Source of the DNA: Candidatus Poriferisocius sp.
GTDB lineage: Bacteria; Actinomycetota; Acidimicrobiia; Acidimicrobiales; Bin134
Length of the DNA stretch: 64,000 bases
Assembly: GCF_965208355.1 (NCBI RefSeq)
Contig: NZ_CBDBOM010000003.1
Coordinates: forward strand, 1,217,394 to 1,281,393
Direction of reading: 5' to 3'
Within the stretch, counting starts at the first letter, position 1; every line of letters starts with the position of its first letter. Of the stretch, positions 1 to 10,345 are shown piece after piece. The translations under genes and the position numbers were made by a program. Below the pieces are notes generated by a model that worked only from the letters and a program-made list of their open reading frames with translations, searched no databases and was not told where the DNA came from.

Positions 1-121
1 CGCCGCCTCCACCGGTGATCCCCGGCGTGTCAGCAGAATCAGACGAACAGGCCGCGGCCAGCGGGGCCAGGGATACGACCGTCGCAACCAGGACAAGTGC
101 GGTTTTTCGGATCTTCAGCAT
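1..121 (-). CDS. lipoprotein, N-terminal ~40 codons only (gene runs off the left edge)
   Basis: A minus-strand ATG at 121-119 is followed by MLKIRKTALVLVATVVSLAPLAAACSSDS. This has a basic n-region, a hydrophobic core and a LAAAC lipobox. It is absent from the ORF track because no stop lies in the window. Confidence 0.5.
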   Translation of the reverse strand, partial: MLKIRKTALVLVATVVSLAPLAAACSSDSADTPGITGGGG

Positions 122-191
122 GCAACTAAGACGGTCTGATCCGACAGGTTGGTTCCCAGCAATTCGAAAAAAGTTTTTCGATGGGATCAAT

Positions 192-785
192 CTAGGCCAG
201 CGACGGCATCCAGGCGGGGCGGGTGGCCTCGAAGGCGTCGATGGCGTCGGTGTGGGCCAAGGTGAGGCCGATGTCGTCGAGGCCCTCCAACAGGCGGTGC
301 TGAACGGCGCCGTCGAGGGGGAAGTCGGCGCTCACACCGACGGCCGGGGCTGACACGGTGAGCTGTTCGACGTCGACAGTAATCTCAGTCGAGGGGTCGT
401 CGGCCACTGCGTCGAGCAGCGTGCGGGCCACGTCTTCGCTCACCTGTACGGGAACCAGGCCGTTCTTGGTGGAGTTGTTGCGGAAGATGTCGCCGAATCG
501 GGGGGAGATGACCGCCTCGAAGCCGTACTGCTGGATGGCCCACACCGCGTGCTCCCGGGAGGAGCCGGTGCCGAAGTTGGGCCCGGCCACCAGGATGCGG
601 GCATTGGCGAAGCGGGAATCGTTGAGGACGAACTCGGGATCCTCGCGCCACTCCGAGAACAGTCCTTGCTCGAAGCCGGTGCGCTCAACTCGCTTGAGCC
701 AGTCGCTGGGGATGATCTGGTCGGTGTCCACGTCGCTTCGGTCCAGCGGCAGCGCGGTGGCGGTGATCGTTCGCACCGGCCTCAT
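192..785 (-). CDS. leuD: 3-isopropylmalate dehydratase small subunit
   Basis: From the internal ATG at 785 the product is [33 protein letters not shown]...[13 protein letters not shown], a typical LeuD swivel domain. There is an ATGA stop-start overlap with leuC at 782-785. The ORF-track start at 914 lies inside leuC and is not used. Confidence 0.93.
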   Translation of the reverse strand: MRPVRTITATALPLDRSDVDTDQIIPSDWLKRVERTGFEQGLFSEWREDPEFVLNDSRFANARILVAGPNFGTGSSREHAVWAIQQYGFEAVISPRFGDIFRNNSTKNGLVPVQVSEDVARTLLDAVADDPSTEITVDVEQLTVSAPAVGVSADFPLDGAVQHRLLEGLDDIGLTLAHTDAIDAFEATRPAWMPSLA

Positions 786-2182
786 GACAGATCCCCTGGG
801 GTGGCGAAGGTGCCGGCCACGGCGGTGGCGGCGGCCACTGCGGGCGACACCAGATGGGTGCGTCCGCCCTTGCCCTGGCGACCCTCGAAGTTGCGGTTGG
901 AAGTGCTGGCACACCGCTCACCGGGGGCCAGCTTGTCGGGGTTCATGGCCAAACACATGGAGCAACCCGGCTCCCGCCAGTCGAACCCGGCGGCTTTGAA
1001 CACCTCGTGGAGGCCCTCGGCCTCGGCTTGGGCCTTGACTGCGCCCGAGCCGGGAACCACGAAGGTGCGCACGCCGGAACGCACCCGGCGGCCCTCTACC
1101 ACCGAGGCGGCGATGCGCAGGTCTTCGATGCGGCTGTTGGTGCACGAGCCGATGAACACGGTGTCCACCGGGATCTCCTTCAGCGGAGTACCGGGGGCCA
1201 AGTCCATGTAGTCGAGCGCCCGGGCGGCTGCATCCCGCCCGCTGGCCTCGGCGAAGCTGTCGGGGTGGGGCACGGTCCCGTCGATGGGGGCGACTTGGCC
1301 AGGGTTGGTTCCCCACGACACATGGGGCACCAGCTCCGATCCGTTTATCACCACTTCCTTGTCGAAAGCGGCGTCATCGTCGGTTGCCAGGCTGCGCCAG
1401 TCGTCCACCGCGGCCTCCCACGCCGTTCCCTTCGGAGCGCCTGGTCGACCCTGAAGGTATTCGAAGGTGGTGTCGTCTGGAGCGATCAACCCGGCCCGGG
1501 CGCCGGCTTCAATGGACATGTTGCACACCGTCATGCGTCCCTCCATCGACAACGAGCGGATGACCGAGCCCCGGTATTCGATCACCGAGCCGATGCCCCC
1601 GCCGGTGCCGATGCGCCCGATGATGGCCAAGATCACGTCCTTTGCCGTGCAAGTTACGGGCAGCGTGCCGTCCACGGTCACCGACATCGTGCCGGGCCGC
1701 TGCTGGGGGAGGGTTTGGGTGGCCAGCACGTGCTCCACCTCGCTGGTGCCGATGCCGAAGGCCAGCGCCCCGAACGCCCCGTGGGTGGAGGTGTGGCTGT
1801 CGCCGCACACGATGGTCATGCCCGGCTGGGTGAGGCCCATCTCCGGGCCGATCACATGCACGATCCCCTGGCCGGGGCTTCCCATCGGATACAGGGTGAT
1901 GCCGAATTCCTCGCAGTTGGTCCGCAGCGTCTCCACCTGCTGGCGGGAGATGGGATCGGCGATGGGCCAAGCGATGTTGTCGGTGGGGACGTTGTGATCC
2001 TCGGTGGCCACCGTGAGGTCGGGTCGGCGCACGTTCCGGCCGTTCATCCGGAGGCCGTCGAAGGCCTGCGGGGAGGTCACCTCGTGGATGAGGTGCAGGT
2101 CGATGAACAGCAGGTCGGGCTCGCCGTCCGCTTGGTGAACGACGTGTCGGTCCCAGACCTTTTCGCTGAGGGTTCGGCCCAT
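782..2182 (-). CDS. leuC: 3-isopropylmalate dehydratase large subunit
   Basis: 466 aa, aconitase family. Cluster-ligand motifs [23 protein letters not shown] and [11 protein letters not shown] are present, and the gene is coupled to leuD. Confidence 0.95.
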   Translation of the reverse strand: MGRTLSEKVWDRHVVHQADGEPDLLFIDLHLIHEVTSPQAFDGLRMNGRNVRRPDLTVATEDHNVPTDNIAWPIADPISRQQVETLRTNCEEFGITLYPMGSPGQGIVHVIGPEMGLTQPGMTIVCGDSHTSTHGAFGALAFGIGTSEVEHVLATQTLPQQRPGTMSVTVDGTLPVTCTAKDVILAIIGRIGTGGGIGSVIEYRGSVIRSLSMEGRMTVCNMSIEAGARAGLIAPDDTTFEYLQGRPGAPKGTAWEAAVDDWRSLATDDDAAFDKEVVINGSELVPHVSWGTNPGQVAPIDGTVPHPDSFAEASGRDAAARALDYMDLAPGTPLKEIPVDTVFIGSCTNSRIEDLRIAASVVEGRRVRSGVRTFVVPGSGAVKAQAEAEGLHEVFKAAGFDWREPGCSMCLAMNPDKLAPGERCASTSNRNFEGRQGKGGRTHLVSPAVAAATAVAGTFATPGDLS

Positions 2183-2223
2183 GTGCGCTCCGGTTTCTTG
2201 CGTTGTAGGCGGTAGATCTGAGG

Positions 2224-3177
2224 CTATCGGCTGGTCTCAGAAGACGATGGATCGGGGGCAATAGTGCTCCCAGTTTCTGAGCTGGCCGGCACCCCCACAG
2301 AGTCCAGCGCCTTGCTCAGGCAGTCCCAAAAGCTGTCGAAGTCGGTGACCACCGACGCGTGGCCCCCCCGGTAGGAGAAGACGCTGATGTCGGACACGGC
2401 GTCGCCCAGCTCTTGTTGGAGATAGTCGGGCACCACGTTGTCGCCCAGGGTGCGGATTTGGGCGATGGGCATGGGCAGCTCGATGATCCAGTCCGAGGAG
2501 TCGAAGTTGAACAGCTCGGTGCCGGCATCGAGCATCGCTTGAGGGTCGCCTTTGAGCACCTCGGTCTGGGCCCATCGGCCGATGTTGGTGCCGATCACGT
2601 TGAACACGGTCTGCTCCCAGCCCCAGTAGCGCAGCTTCACGGGAGCCAGGCGAGAAGCGGCGGCCACCACCGGAAGAAGCGAGAAGCGGATGGCCCTCAG
2701 TCCCCGGCCCCGGAAGCTGGTGGAGGTGGCGCCCAGAACCAGGCCGGTGACCCGGTCGGGCGCAGATCGAGCAGCCAGTTGCGCGATGGCACCGCCCATG
2801 GAGTAGCCCACGCACACGAAGCGGTCGATGTCCAGGGCGTCGGCCACGGCCAAAACGTCGGAGGCGCAGTCGTCGAACCTGAAACGCCGGGTGGGGAGGC
2901 CATCGCCGTGGCCCCGGTGGTCGAAAGCCACTACGGAGGCCCGCTGTGAAATGGGTTGGAAGGCCGGGTACCAGTTCAGGTCAGCGGTCACCGTCCAGCC
3001 GTGCAGCAGCATGACGGTGGGCGAGCCCGGGGGTCCCTCGGATTGTCGAACGAACACTTGCCCCCGTCCGGGCAGGTCGATTGACTCGCCCCGCGGCAAG
3101 CTGGGGCCGATGGGCGCTCCGCTACTGCTCAAGGGACACGATTTGAACGGACAGAGTCCCGCCGGCGGGGCTCTCAA
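2224..3177 (-). CDS. alpha/beta-fold hydrolase
   Basis: Contains the MLLHGWTV oxyanion region, the GYSMGG nucleophile elbow and a C-terminal GGHAS His region. The start is uncertain. ATG 3177 would overlap greA by 56 nt, and an in-frame TTG at 3099 is an alternative. Confidence 0.7.
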   Translation of the reverse strand: MRAPPAGLCPFKSCPLSSSGAPIGPSLPRGESIDLPGRGQVFVRQSEGPPGSPTVMLLHGWTVTADLNWYPAFQPISQRASVVAFDHRGHGDGLPTRRFRFDDCASDVLAVADALDIDRFVCVGYSMGGAIAQLAARSAPDRVTGLVLGATSTSFRGRGLRAIRFSLLPVVAAASRLAPVKLRYWGWEQTVFNVIGTNIGRWAQTEVLKGDPQAMLDAGTELFNFDSSDWIIELPMPIAQIRTLGDNVVPDYLQQELGDAVSDISVFSYRGGHASVVTDFDSFWDCLSKALDSVGVPASSETGSTIAPDPSSSETSR

Positions 3178-3595
3178 AGGACACGGTGTCGCCGACGTCA
3201 GCCCCGATAATGGCCGCTCCCATCGGAGAGGCCGGGGAGATCACGTCGAGTCCGTCGTGGCGCTCTTCGATCGATCCCACTAGATAGGTCTCGACGTCAT
3301 CGGGGTCGCCGTCGAGGGCCACGGTGACCACCGATCCCACCGTGACCGTGGTCCCGTCTCCGGCCTCAACAATTCGACAGTTCCTCAGCATGGCGCCGAT
3401 CTGGGCGATGCGGGTCTCCATCTTGCCCTGCTCGTCTTTGGCCGCGTGGTAGTCGCCGTTCTCGCTCAGGTCTCCCAGCTCGCGGGCCGCTTCGATCTTT
3501 CGGGCGATTTCAACCCGTCCGACCGTGGTGAGCTGTTCGAATTCAGCGCTCAGACGGTCGTGGGCCGTCTGAGACAGCTCATGGGTTTCTGGCAT
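3122..3595 (-). CDS. greA: transcription elongation factor GreA
   Basis: From ATG 3595 the product is MPETHELSQTAHDRLSAEFEQL...GDLSENGDYHAAKDEQ, 157 aa, typical GreA length and signature. The longer ORF-track start at 3778 is Arg/Pro-rich junk. Confidence 0.9.
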   Translation of the reverse strand: MPETHELSQTAHDRLSAEFEQLTTVGRVEIARKIEAARELGDLSENGDYHAAKDEQGKMETRIAQIGAMLRNCRIVEAGDGTTVTVGSVVTVALDGDPDDVETYLVGSIEERHDGLDVISPASPMGAAIIGADVGDTVSFESPAGGTLSVQIVSLEQ

Positions 3596-3651
3596 AGCGG
3601 ACAAGTTTAGTGTTCGCCTTGGGGGGCGCTGTATTCGTATTCTGATGGGCC

Positions 3652-4632
3652 ATGGCCCACGTGATCGGAGTACTAGGCGGCGACGGCATCGGGCCCGAGG
3701 TTGTAACCGAGGGCCTGAAGGTGCTGGACGCGGCCGGCGTGGAGCTGGACACGGTGCCCTACGACCTCGGAGGAGCACGCTACCTGCGGGACGGCATCGT
3801 GCTGACCGACGAGATCATGGACGAGTGGAGGGGGTTGGACGCCCTGTATGTGGGCGCGGTGGGCACTCCCGACGTGCCCCCCGGCGTGATCGAGCGGGGG
3901 CTGCTGCTGCGGATGCGCTTCGAACTCGACCTCTACGTGAACCGCCGCCCTTTCCGAGCCCCCGACGGCTCCTTCGAGTTCGAGGTGATCAGGGAGAACA
4001 CCGAGGGCACCTACGCCGGCGAGGGCGGGTTCCTGCGCCGCAATACCCCCATGGAGGTGGCCACGCAGGGGTCGGTGAACACCCGGTTCGGCGTTGAGCG
4101 CTGCGTCCGCTACGCCTTCGAGCTGGCCCGCAGCCGTCCAGGGCGCCACCTCACCCTGGTGCATAAGACCAACGTCTTGACCTTCGCCGGCGACTTGTGG
4201 GAGCGGGCGTTCAACGAGGTGGCCGAGGAATATCCCGACGTGGCCACCGCCTACAACCACGTGGACGCGGCCTGCATCTACTTCGTGGAAGACCCCAAGA
4301 GCTATGACGTCATCGTGACCGACAACCTGTTCGGCGACATCCTCACCGACTTGGGCGGCGCCGTCTCCGGGGGCATCGGGCTGGCCGCCTCGGCCAATCT
4401 GAACCCCGATCGCACCGGGCCGTCGATGTTTGAGCCGGTCCACGGCTCAGCACCCGATATTGTGGGGACCGGCCGGGCCAACCCCACCGCCGCGATTTTG
4501 TCGGCCGCAATGATGGTTGAATTCCTCGGCGAGGTCGATGCCGCCAACCGGATTCGGGCCGCCTGCGCCGACCCCACAACTCAATACGGGACCACCACCG
4601 AAATCGGCGACTCCATTGCGGAGAGGATGTGA
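3652..4632 (+). CDS. leuB: 3-isopropylmalate dehydrogenase
   Basis: 326 aa with N-terminal GVLGGDGIGPEV and the DNLFGDILTDLGG motif of the isocitrate/isopropylmalate dehydrogenase family. It sits in a leu/ilv gene context. Confidence 0.88.
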   Translation: MAHVIGVLGGDGIGPEVVTEGLKVLDAAGVELDTVPYDLGGARYLRDGIVLTDEIMDEWRGLDALYVGAVGTPDVPPGVIERGLLLRMRFELDLYVNRRPFRAPDGSFEFEVIRENTEGTYAGEGGFLRRNTPMEVATQGSVNTRFGVERCVRYAFELARSRPGRHLTLVHKTNVLTFAGDLWERAFNEVAEEYPDVATAYNHVDAACIYFVEDPKSYDVIVTDNLFGDILTDLGGAVSGGIGLAASANLNPDRTGPSMFEPVHGSAPDIVGTGRANPTAAILSAAMMVEFLGEVDAANRIRAACADPTTQYGTTTEIGDSIAERM

Positions 4633-4677
4633 GCCCCGAATGATCGAGGCGATGCCCGCAGAAAGGAACTGAGCACG

Positions 4678-5598
4678 ATGCCAATCGAGACCACGGAGAA
4701 GGTGTGGATGGACGGCGAGCTGGTGGACTGGGCGGACGCCACCGTGCACGTGCTCACCCACACGCTTCACTACGGCAACGGCGTTTTCGAGGGCATCAGG
4801 GCCTATGAGACCGATGAGGGCCCGGCAGTGTTCCGCCTCACCCCTCACATTCGCCGGCTGTTCGCCAGTGCCAAGATCCTCCAGATCGACATTCCATTTA
4901 CGGTGGATGAGCTGGTGGCGGCCACCAAGGAGACCGTGCGGGTCAACAATTTGAAGAGCGGCTACATCCGTCCTCTGGCCTATCTGGGCTACGGCGAGAT
5001 GGGGCTGAACCCGCTGCCGTGCAAGGTGAACGTGGCCATCGCGGTGTGGCCGTGGGGCACATATCTGGGTGATGAGGGGATTCGCAACGGGGTGCGCCTC
5101 ATGGTCAGCTCCTGGCAGCGCCACGACCCCAACTCCATGCCCACCGCGGCCAAGGGCTGTGGGCACTACATCAACAGCCAGCTGGCCAAGGTGCAGGCGG
5201 TGAAGGCTGGCTACGACGAGGCTGTCCTGTTGTCGCCCCAAGGCTATGTGAGCGAGTGCACCGGGGAGAACCTGTTCGTGGTGCGCGACGGCACCATCGT
5301 CACCCCGCCCACCTCGGTGGGGGCGTTGGAGGGCATCACCCAGGACGCCATCCGCACCATGGCCTCCGACCTGGGTATCCCCTATGTGGCCGACAACCTG
5401 CTGCGCAGCGATCTGTATTTGGCCGACGAGGCTTTCTTGTCGGGCACCGCGGCCGAGGTGGTTCCCATCCGGTCGGTGGACGACCGCGAGATCGGCGACC
5501 CCGGTCCGATCACCCGCAAGATCCAAGAGGTGTTCCAGGACGCGGTGAGGGGCCGACAAGCCCAGTATCGGCACTGGAACGAGCATGTCGACCGCTGA
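4678..5598 (+). CDS. ilvE: branched-chain amino acid aminotransferase
   Basis: 306 aa, class IV aminotransferase. Recognised regions are HYGNGVFEGIRAY, YIRPLAYLG and ECTGENLFVV. Confidence 0.9.
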   Translation: MPIETTEKVWMDGELVDWADATVHVLTHTLHYGNGVFEGIRAYETDEGPAVFRLTPHIRRLFASAKILQIDIPFTVDELVAATKETVRVNNLKSGYIRPLAYLGYGEMGLNPLPCKVNVAIAVWPWGTYLGDEGIRNGVRLMVSSWQRHDPNSMPTAAKGCGHYINSQLAKVQAVKAGYDEAVLLSPQGYVSECTGENLFVVRDGTIVTPPTSVGALEGITQDAIRTMASDLGIPYVADNLLRSDLYLADEAFLSGTAAEVVPIRSVDDREIGDPGPITRKIQEVFQDAVRGRQAQYRHWNEHVDR

Positions 5599-7228
5599 GG
5601 CGACCGGACCCCGGCCTCTGCCCGCCTTCGTAGAGATCTACGACACCACCCTTCGCGACGGGAGCCAGCTCGAGGGGATCTCCCTCACCGTGGAAGACAA
5701 GCTCCGCATCGCCCGCCAACTCGACTATCTCGGCGTCCACTACATCGAGGGCGGTTGGCCCGGCTCCAACCCCAAAGACGACGAGTTCTTCGCCCGGGCC
5801 CGTGACGAGCTGAACCTGGAGACCAGCACACTGGTGTCCTTCGGCTCCACCCGCAAGGTGAAGGGACGCACCGACGAGGATCTCACGCTGGCCAACTTGG
5901 CGGCGTCGGGCACCCAGGTGGCCTGCATCGTGGGCAAGTGCTGGGACTACCACGTGCTCGAGGCCCTGCGCACCTCCCTCGACGAAGGGGTGGCCATGGT
6001 GGCCGAATCGGTGCGGTTCCTGAAGGACAGTGGAATGCAGGTGTTCTTCGACGCCGAGCACTTCTTCGACGGCTATCACCACAACCGGGAATACAGCCTG
6101 GCGGTGCTGGAAGCGGCCGCGGTGGCCGGAGCCGACCGCCTGGTGCTGTGCGACACCAACGGGGGCACGCTGCCCGCCCGGGTGGAGGACACAGTGGGCG
6201 CAGTAGTCGACTACCTTGACATCCCGGTGGGGGTCCACCTCCACAACGACACCGGTTGCGGCGTGGCCAACGCCCTGGCCGGGGTGCGGGCCGGGGCCAC
6301 TCAGGTGCAGGGCACTATCAACGGCTACGGCGAGCGCACCGGCAACTGCAACCTGGTGCCCATCATCGCCAACCTCAGCCTGAAAATGGGAGTGGAGACC
6401 GTTCCCCCCGACAGGCTCGGTCGGCTCACCGCGGTGTCGCACCACGTGGCCGAGCTGGTGAATTTCCCGCCCGACCCCCAGCAGGCCTATGTGGGGTCTT
6501 CGGCCTTCGCCCACAAGGCCGGCCTGCACACCAGTGCCATCGCCCGCCGACCCGACGCCTATGAGCACGTCGACCCGGCCGCGGTGGGCAACGGAACCCG
6601 TTTCGTGGTGTCGGAGATGGCCGGGCGCTCAACGGTGGAGCTCAAGTGCGAGGAGCTGGGCCTCGAAATCGACGGCAAGGCCGTGGGCGAGATCGTGGAC
6701 ACCCTCAAGAAGCTGGAGCACGCCGGGTACCACTTCGAGGTGGCCGACGCCTCTCTGGAACTGCTGATGCGGGGGGCATCGGGATGGAAGCAGCCGTACT
6801 TTGAACTGGAGTCGTTCAAGGTGGCGACCGAGCACCGGTCGGGCACGGGGGCCCGGGCCTGGAACGAGGTGGCGGTGGACATGGAGACCGAGGCCACCGT
6901 GAAGCTCCACGTGGAGGGCGAGCGCATTGTGGCCACCGGGGAGGGCAACGGCCCGGTCAACGCGTTGCACGCCGCATTGATGATGGCCCTGGGCGATCGC
7001 TATCCGGCGTTCCGTTCGATCTCGCTTATCGACTACAAGGTGCGGGTGCTCGACACCGCGGCGGGGACCGCGGCGGTCACCCGGGTGATCATCGACTCCA
7101 CCAACGGCGACCGGGTTTGGACCACCATTGGGGTGTCCACCAACATCGTGGAGGCCAGCTGGCAGGCCCTGGTGGACAGCCTGGTGTTCGGACTCTTGCA
7201 CAGCGAGGATGACAATGGCCGCACCTGA
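5585..7228 (+). CDS. cimA: citramalate synthase / LeuA-family 2-alkylmalate synthase
   Basis: 547 aa with YDTTLRDGSQ, IEGGWPGSNPKD and HLHNDTG, plus a C-terminal LeuA-dimer type regulatory domain. The N-terminal pattern fits the CimA-type subfamily better than LeuA. Confidence 0.8.
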   Translation: MSTAEATGPRPLPAFVEIYDTTLRDGSQLEGISLTVEDKLRIARQLDYLGVHYIEGGWPGSNPKDDEFFARARDELNLETSTLVSFGSTRKVKGRTDEDLTLANLAASGTQVACIVGKCWDYHVLEALRTSLDEGVAMVAESVRFLKDSGMQVFFDAEHFFDGYHHNREYSLAVLEAAAVAGADRLVLCDTNGGTLPARVEDTVGAVVDYLDIPVGVHLHNDTGCGVANALAGVRAGATQVQGTINGYGERTGNCNLVPIIANLSLKMGVETVPPDRLGRLTAVSHHVAELVNFPPDPQQAYVGSSAFAHKAGLHTSAIARRPDAYEHVDPAAVGNGTRFVVSEMAGRSTVELKCEELGLEIDGKAVGEIVDTLKKLEHAGYHFEVADASLELLMRGASGWKQPYFELESFKVATEHRSGTGARAWNEVAVDMETEATVKLHVEGERIVATGEGNGPVNALHAALMMALGDRYPAFRSISLIDYKVRVLDTAAGTAAVTRVIIDSTNGDRVWTTIGVSTNIVEASWQALVDSLVFGLLHSEDDNGRT

Positions 7229-7748
7229 CTACGTCCCCAACAAGACCGCAGCGGCTGATCGGCACTATGTGTCGCCGCCCCGGCGCCCCCAGCCGTGGTT
7301 GGCCGATCGGCCCGCCGAGCTGATCGATGGCCAGCCGATGGGTGCAGGCCTGGGTGTGCCCGGTCCCGACCAGGGGTACGCTCTGCGGCTGGCTCGTCGA
7401 TTCGAAGGCGACTTGCTGCTGGCCCCCGGCGAGCACGTCGACGATGCGGCCGCCGGCTGTGTGGGCGTTGCTTTGAAGCGGGCGGCCTTGTTCGGGCGGG
7501 CGCCGGTGTCAGCTGATCTGGAGGTTGCCTTCCGGGTGTTCGGCTACCTGCCCCCTGCCCCCGAAGAGGCACTGGTGGCGTGGCGCAAGGAGCTGTTCGC
7601 CGGCGTCAGCCATCCCCACCACTACGCCGAGGCCCGGCAATTGGTCGACCTGGTTTCCGAAGCGGCTCTGCGGATGACGCCCAGCGAGGTGGAGGCCGCC
7701 TGTCTCAACAACAGAGATGAGTTGCTCGCGGTCAGCATCAGCCGGTGA
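7209..7748 (+). CDS. hypothetical protein
   Basis: In-frame ATG at 7209 (MTMAAPDYVPNK...) overlaps the cimA end by 20 nt. The stop forms a GTGA overlap with the gltX start. Coding-like composition; no motif recognised. Confidence 0.55.
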   Translation: MTMAAPDYVPNKTAAADRHYVSPPRRPQPWLADRPAELIDGQPMGAGLGVPGPDQGYALRLARRFEGDLLLAPGEHVDDAAAGCVGVALKRAALFGRAPVSADLEVAFRVFGYLPPAPEEALVAWRKELFAGVSHPHHYAEARQLVDLVSEAALRMTPSEVEAACLNNRDELLAVSISR

Positions 7749-9097
7749 GTCCGGCTGACTTGCCGAGGGTTCGGTTCGCCCCGTCGCCCACCGGATATCT
7801 CCACGTCGGCTCGGCTCGGACTGCTCTGTTCAACTGGCTGTACGCCCGCTCTGTCGGCGGGACCATGGTGTTGCGGATAGAGGACACCGATGAGAGCCGC
7901 AATCGCCCCGAGCTAACCGACGCCATCTTCGAGTATCTGGAGTGGCTGGGCATCGACTTCGACGAGGGGCCGTTCTACCAATCGGAGCGTCGGGACCGTC
8001 ACCGGGAGGTGGTGCAGCAACTGCTGGACAACGGCCAGGCCTATCTGTGCGACGCCGACGACAACGAACTGGCCGGCACCGAGATGGCCGACGGCCGGGC
8101 GGTGCGGTTCAGAACCCCAGAGGGCACCACGGTGATCGACGACGTGGTTCGGGGCGAGGTGGCCGTGGACCACGCCCAGCTGGGGGATTTCGTGATCTGG
8201 CGCTCCGACGGGTCGCCCACGTTTGTGCTGGCCAACTCGGTGGACGACGCCGACATGGCCATCACCCACGCCATCCGGGGCGAAGACCTGCTGTCGAGCA
8301 CGCCGCGGGCCGTGCTGGTGGCCGAGGCGCTGGGGGCGACCCCGCCGATCTACGCCCATCTGCCCCTGCTGGTGAACGAGCAGCGCAAAAAGCTGTCCAA
8401 GCGCCGCGACGACGTGTCGCTGGAGAGCTACCGCCAGCGGGGCTTTTTGGCCCCGGCTATGGCCAACTACCTGGCCCTATTGGGCTGGGGGCCGCGTGAC
8501 GGGGTGGAGATCCGACCCATGGCTGAGATCATCGGGCAATTCCGGCTGGAGGACGTGAACAAGGCGCCGGCGTTCTTCGACATCGCCAAGCTGGAGCACT
8601 TCAATGGGGTGTACATCCGGGAGCTCGGGGCCGAGGAATTGCTGGAAGCGCTGGCCCCCTATCTGGTATCCGACCAAGCGCCCTGGCCCCCCGAGCATTA
8701 CCGCCCCGACGTGGTAGCTGCCATGGTTCCGCTGGTGCAGGAGAAGCTGCGCACGCTGTCGGACATCGAGCGCCAAGTGGACTGGCTGTTCTGTCCCGAG
8801 GTGTCCATGGACGAGGCGTCGTGGGACAAGGCAGTGGTGAGGGGCAAGGCTGCCGCCGAAATCCTCGACGGCACCATCGCTGCATTGGCCGACTGCCCCT
8901 GGGACCCCGACACCGTCAAAGACTCCGTGTTCGCGGTAGGGGAGGCCCTTGGCGTCAACCGCTCCAAGTCGCAGGCCCCTGTCCGAGTAGCCGTCACCGG
9001 CCGCTCAATAGGTCCCCCGCTCTTCGAGCCCATGGTGCATTACCTCACCCGCGAAGAAGTCCTCCGCCGCCTCCGCAATGCCCGCTCCCGTCTCTAA
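7745..9097 (+). CDS. gltX: glutamate--tRNA ligase
   Basis: 450 aa, GTG start. HIGH-type region PSPTGYLHVGSART and KMSKS-type KLSKR are present. Confidence 0.95.
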   Translation: MSPADLPRVRFAPSPTGYLHVGSARTALFNWLYARSVGGTMVLRIEDTDESRNRPELTDAIFEYLEWLGIDFDEGPFYQSERRDRHREVVQQLLDNGQAYLCDADDNELAGTEMADGRAVRFRTPEGTTVIDDVVRGEVAVDHAQLGDFVIWRSDGSPTFVLANSVDDADMAITHAIRGEDLLSSTPRAVLVAEALGATPPIYAHLPLLVNEQRKKLSKRRDDVSLESYRQRGFLAPAMANYLALLGWGPRDGVEIRPMAEIIGQFRLEDVNKAPAFFDIAKLEHFNGVYIRELGAEELLEALAPYLVSDQAPWPPEHYRPDVVAAMVPLVQEKLRTLSDIERQVDWLFCPEVSMDEASWDKAVVRGKAAAEILDGTIAALADCPWDPDTVKDSVFAVGEALGVNRSKSQAPVRVAVTGRSIGPPLFEPMVHYLTREEVLRRLRNARSRL

Positions 9098-9156
9098 ATG
9101 AAATAGCTCGCCATCCCCCCGAACAGGTTGGGGAGGCCTGGGTAGCAGACGGGGCT

Positions 9157-10152
9157 TCAGTCAGAGCCGGCTTCGATCGTTCCGGTGATTGAACCTGATC
9201 CGGTGCCAGGCAGGTTGCGGCCTGAGCAGGCTTCGAGGGCAGTAGTCAGAGCGGCTTTCTCGTCTTGGTCTACTGAGAGGGAGTAGGCGGCTTTGACAAG
9301 CACCATCCTCTGAGCCAGGAAGCACCGCCCGTCAACGGTGGTCTCTGTGCCTTCGCACACGCCGCTACCGATCCGTCCTGACCATTCGGCCATGTCACGC
9401 GCGCCCTTAGATCGGTTGACGCAATCGCGTGTCGCTATCAGGTTCTCGGCATCGTTCCCGAACGCCATGCGCCGTGCGGTGTCCCACGCCCAAGCTCCGG
9501 ACTCGAATGCCTCCTGGGCGGCCACGATGTGATCCACGTCACAGGTAGACGGATCGAACGAGATGCCCGTATAAGGGTCGGTGCCCGCGTTGTCGCACAG
9601 GTAGCGCCGATCGTGCTCAAATTCGGCGCGCACATAGCCTGACCCCTCGTACTCGGGTTCAACGGTCAACCCGTTGAGAACGCCGATAGCAGCTGATTCA
9701 GCCGGCGGGGCAATTGACGAGGTGCCTTCTGTTACCTCTGTTGACGGAGTGTCGTCTGTCTGTTGGGAGCACCCACCGGGCACGAGCTGGGTGTCGACGT
9801 CGAATTGGCATCGATAGACGTTCAACAGGGCCTCTTGGCTCTGGATGAGCGTGTCGCGCACGTCGATGTCTTGCTGGGTGGGGTTCGGGGGAGCAGGACC
9901 GGGGGAGACCTGATAGGGCCCCGGGCAGCCGCCAGGAACCACGTCGGTGTCCACTCCGAACAGGCACCGGTAGGTGTTCAGGAGGTTCTCCTGGTTGGCG
10001 ATCAGCTGGTCCCGAACCTCCACGTCGGCCACCGATTGGGCCGAGGCCGCGGGCGCAACGAGAGCCGAGGGCAGAAGGAGCATCGCAACCAGCGCTGCGA
10101 TGGCCGCCAATCTGCGAGTGAATCGAGAGCGGTACACATTGGGGGAAGCCAT
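9157..10152 (-). CDS. secreted protein: signal peptide, 2x Cys-pair module, C-terminal DUF1524/HNH-like nuclease domain
   Basis: Signal peptide ...LVAPAASAQS. Two copies of RDxLIxxQExLLNxYRCxFxVDxxxVPGGC. The C-terminus DVDHIVAAQEAFESGAW...NLIATRDCVNRSKGARDMAEW fits the His-Me finger pattern of DUF1524 (GmrSD C-terminal type). Confidence 0.7.
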   Translation of the reverse strand: MASPNVYRSRFTRRLAAIAALVAMLLLPSALVAPAASAQSVADVEVRDQLIANQENLLNTYRCLFGVDTDVVPGGCPGPYQVSPGPAPPNPTQQDIDVRDTLIQSQEALLNVYRCQFDVDTQLVPGGCSQQTDDTPSTEVTEGTSSIAPPAESAAIGVLNGLTVEPEYEGSGYVRAEFEHDRRYLCDNAGTDPYTGISFDPSTCDVDHIVAAQEAFESGAWAWDTARRMAFGNDAENLIATRDCVNRSKGARDMAEWSGRIGSGVCEGTETTVDGRCFLAQRMVLVKAAYSLSVDQDEKAALTTALEACSGRNLPGTGSGSITGTIEAGSD

Positions 10153-10243
10153 AGGCTTCCAATGATAATAAGCATGATGATTTAGAATTCACCCTGAATA
10201 ACGCATGGCGATTTGCGCTCGTCCGGTACACTGGACGCTGCTT

Positions 10244-10318
10244 TCGGGAGTGGTGTAATTGGCAACACACCGGGTTCTGGTCCCGATATTGGGGGTTCGA
10301 GTCCTCCCTCCCGAGCCA
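10244..10318 (+). tRNA. tRNA-Gln (anticodon CTG), CCA encoded
   Basis: The cloverleaf was folded by hand. Acceptor stem is TCGGGAG/CTCCCGA and D arm is GTGT-AATTGGCA-ACAC. Anticodon stem is CCGGG/CCCGA with loop TTCTGGT. T arm is GGGGG-TTCGAGT-CCTCC, with discriminator G and then CCA. Confidence 0.85.
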
Positions 10319-10345
10319 ACCGAGTGTGATTGAAGTCGTAGATCC

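Noticed and set aside
854-2215. A 453-aa plus-strand ORF antisense to leuC, and similar shadow ORFs (5510-6568 antisense to cimA, 31633-32568 antisense to the HNH gene, 51601-52593 antisense to prfA, 53053-54159 antisense to prmC/tsaC).
   Set aside because: These are typical high-GC shadow ORFs with low-complexity Arg/Gly/Pro/His-rich products. The opposite strand carries unmistakable conserved enzymes.
3645-4097. A 150-aa ORF starting at ATG 3645, 7 nt before the leuB start (atgggccatggcc).
   Set aside because: It is out of frame with leuB and gives an Arg/Gly-rich nonsense product. The leuB frame from 3652 has the dehydrogenase motifs.
10319-10345. The expected tRNA-Glu gene after tRNA-Gln, as in the gltX-tRNA-Gln-tRNA-Glu arrangement recalled from Mycobacterium tuberculosis.
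   Set aside because: No cloverleaf-compatible sequence was found by eye between tRNA-Gln and the fic stop, or further downstream. A tRNAscan or Aragorn run would be needed for certainty.
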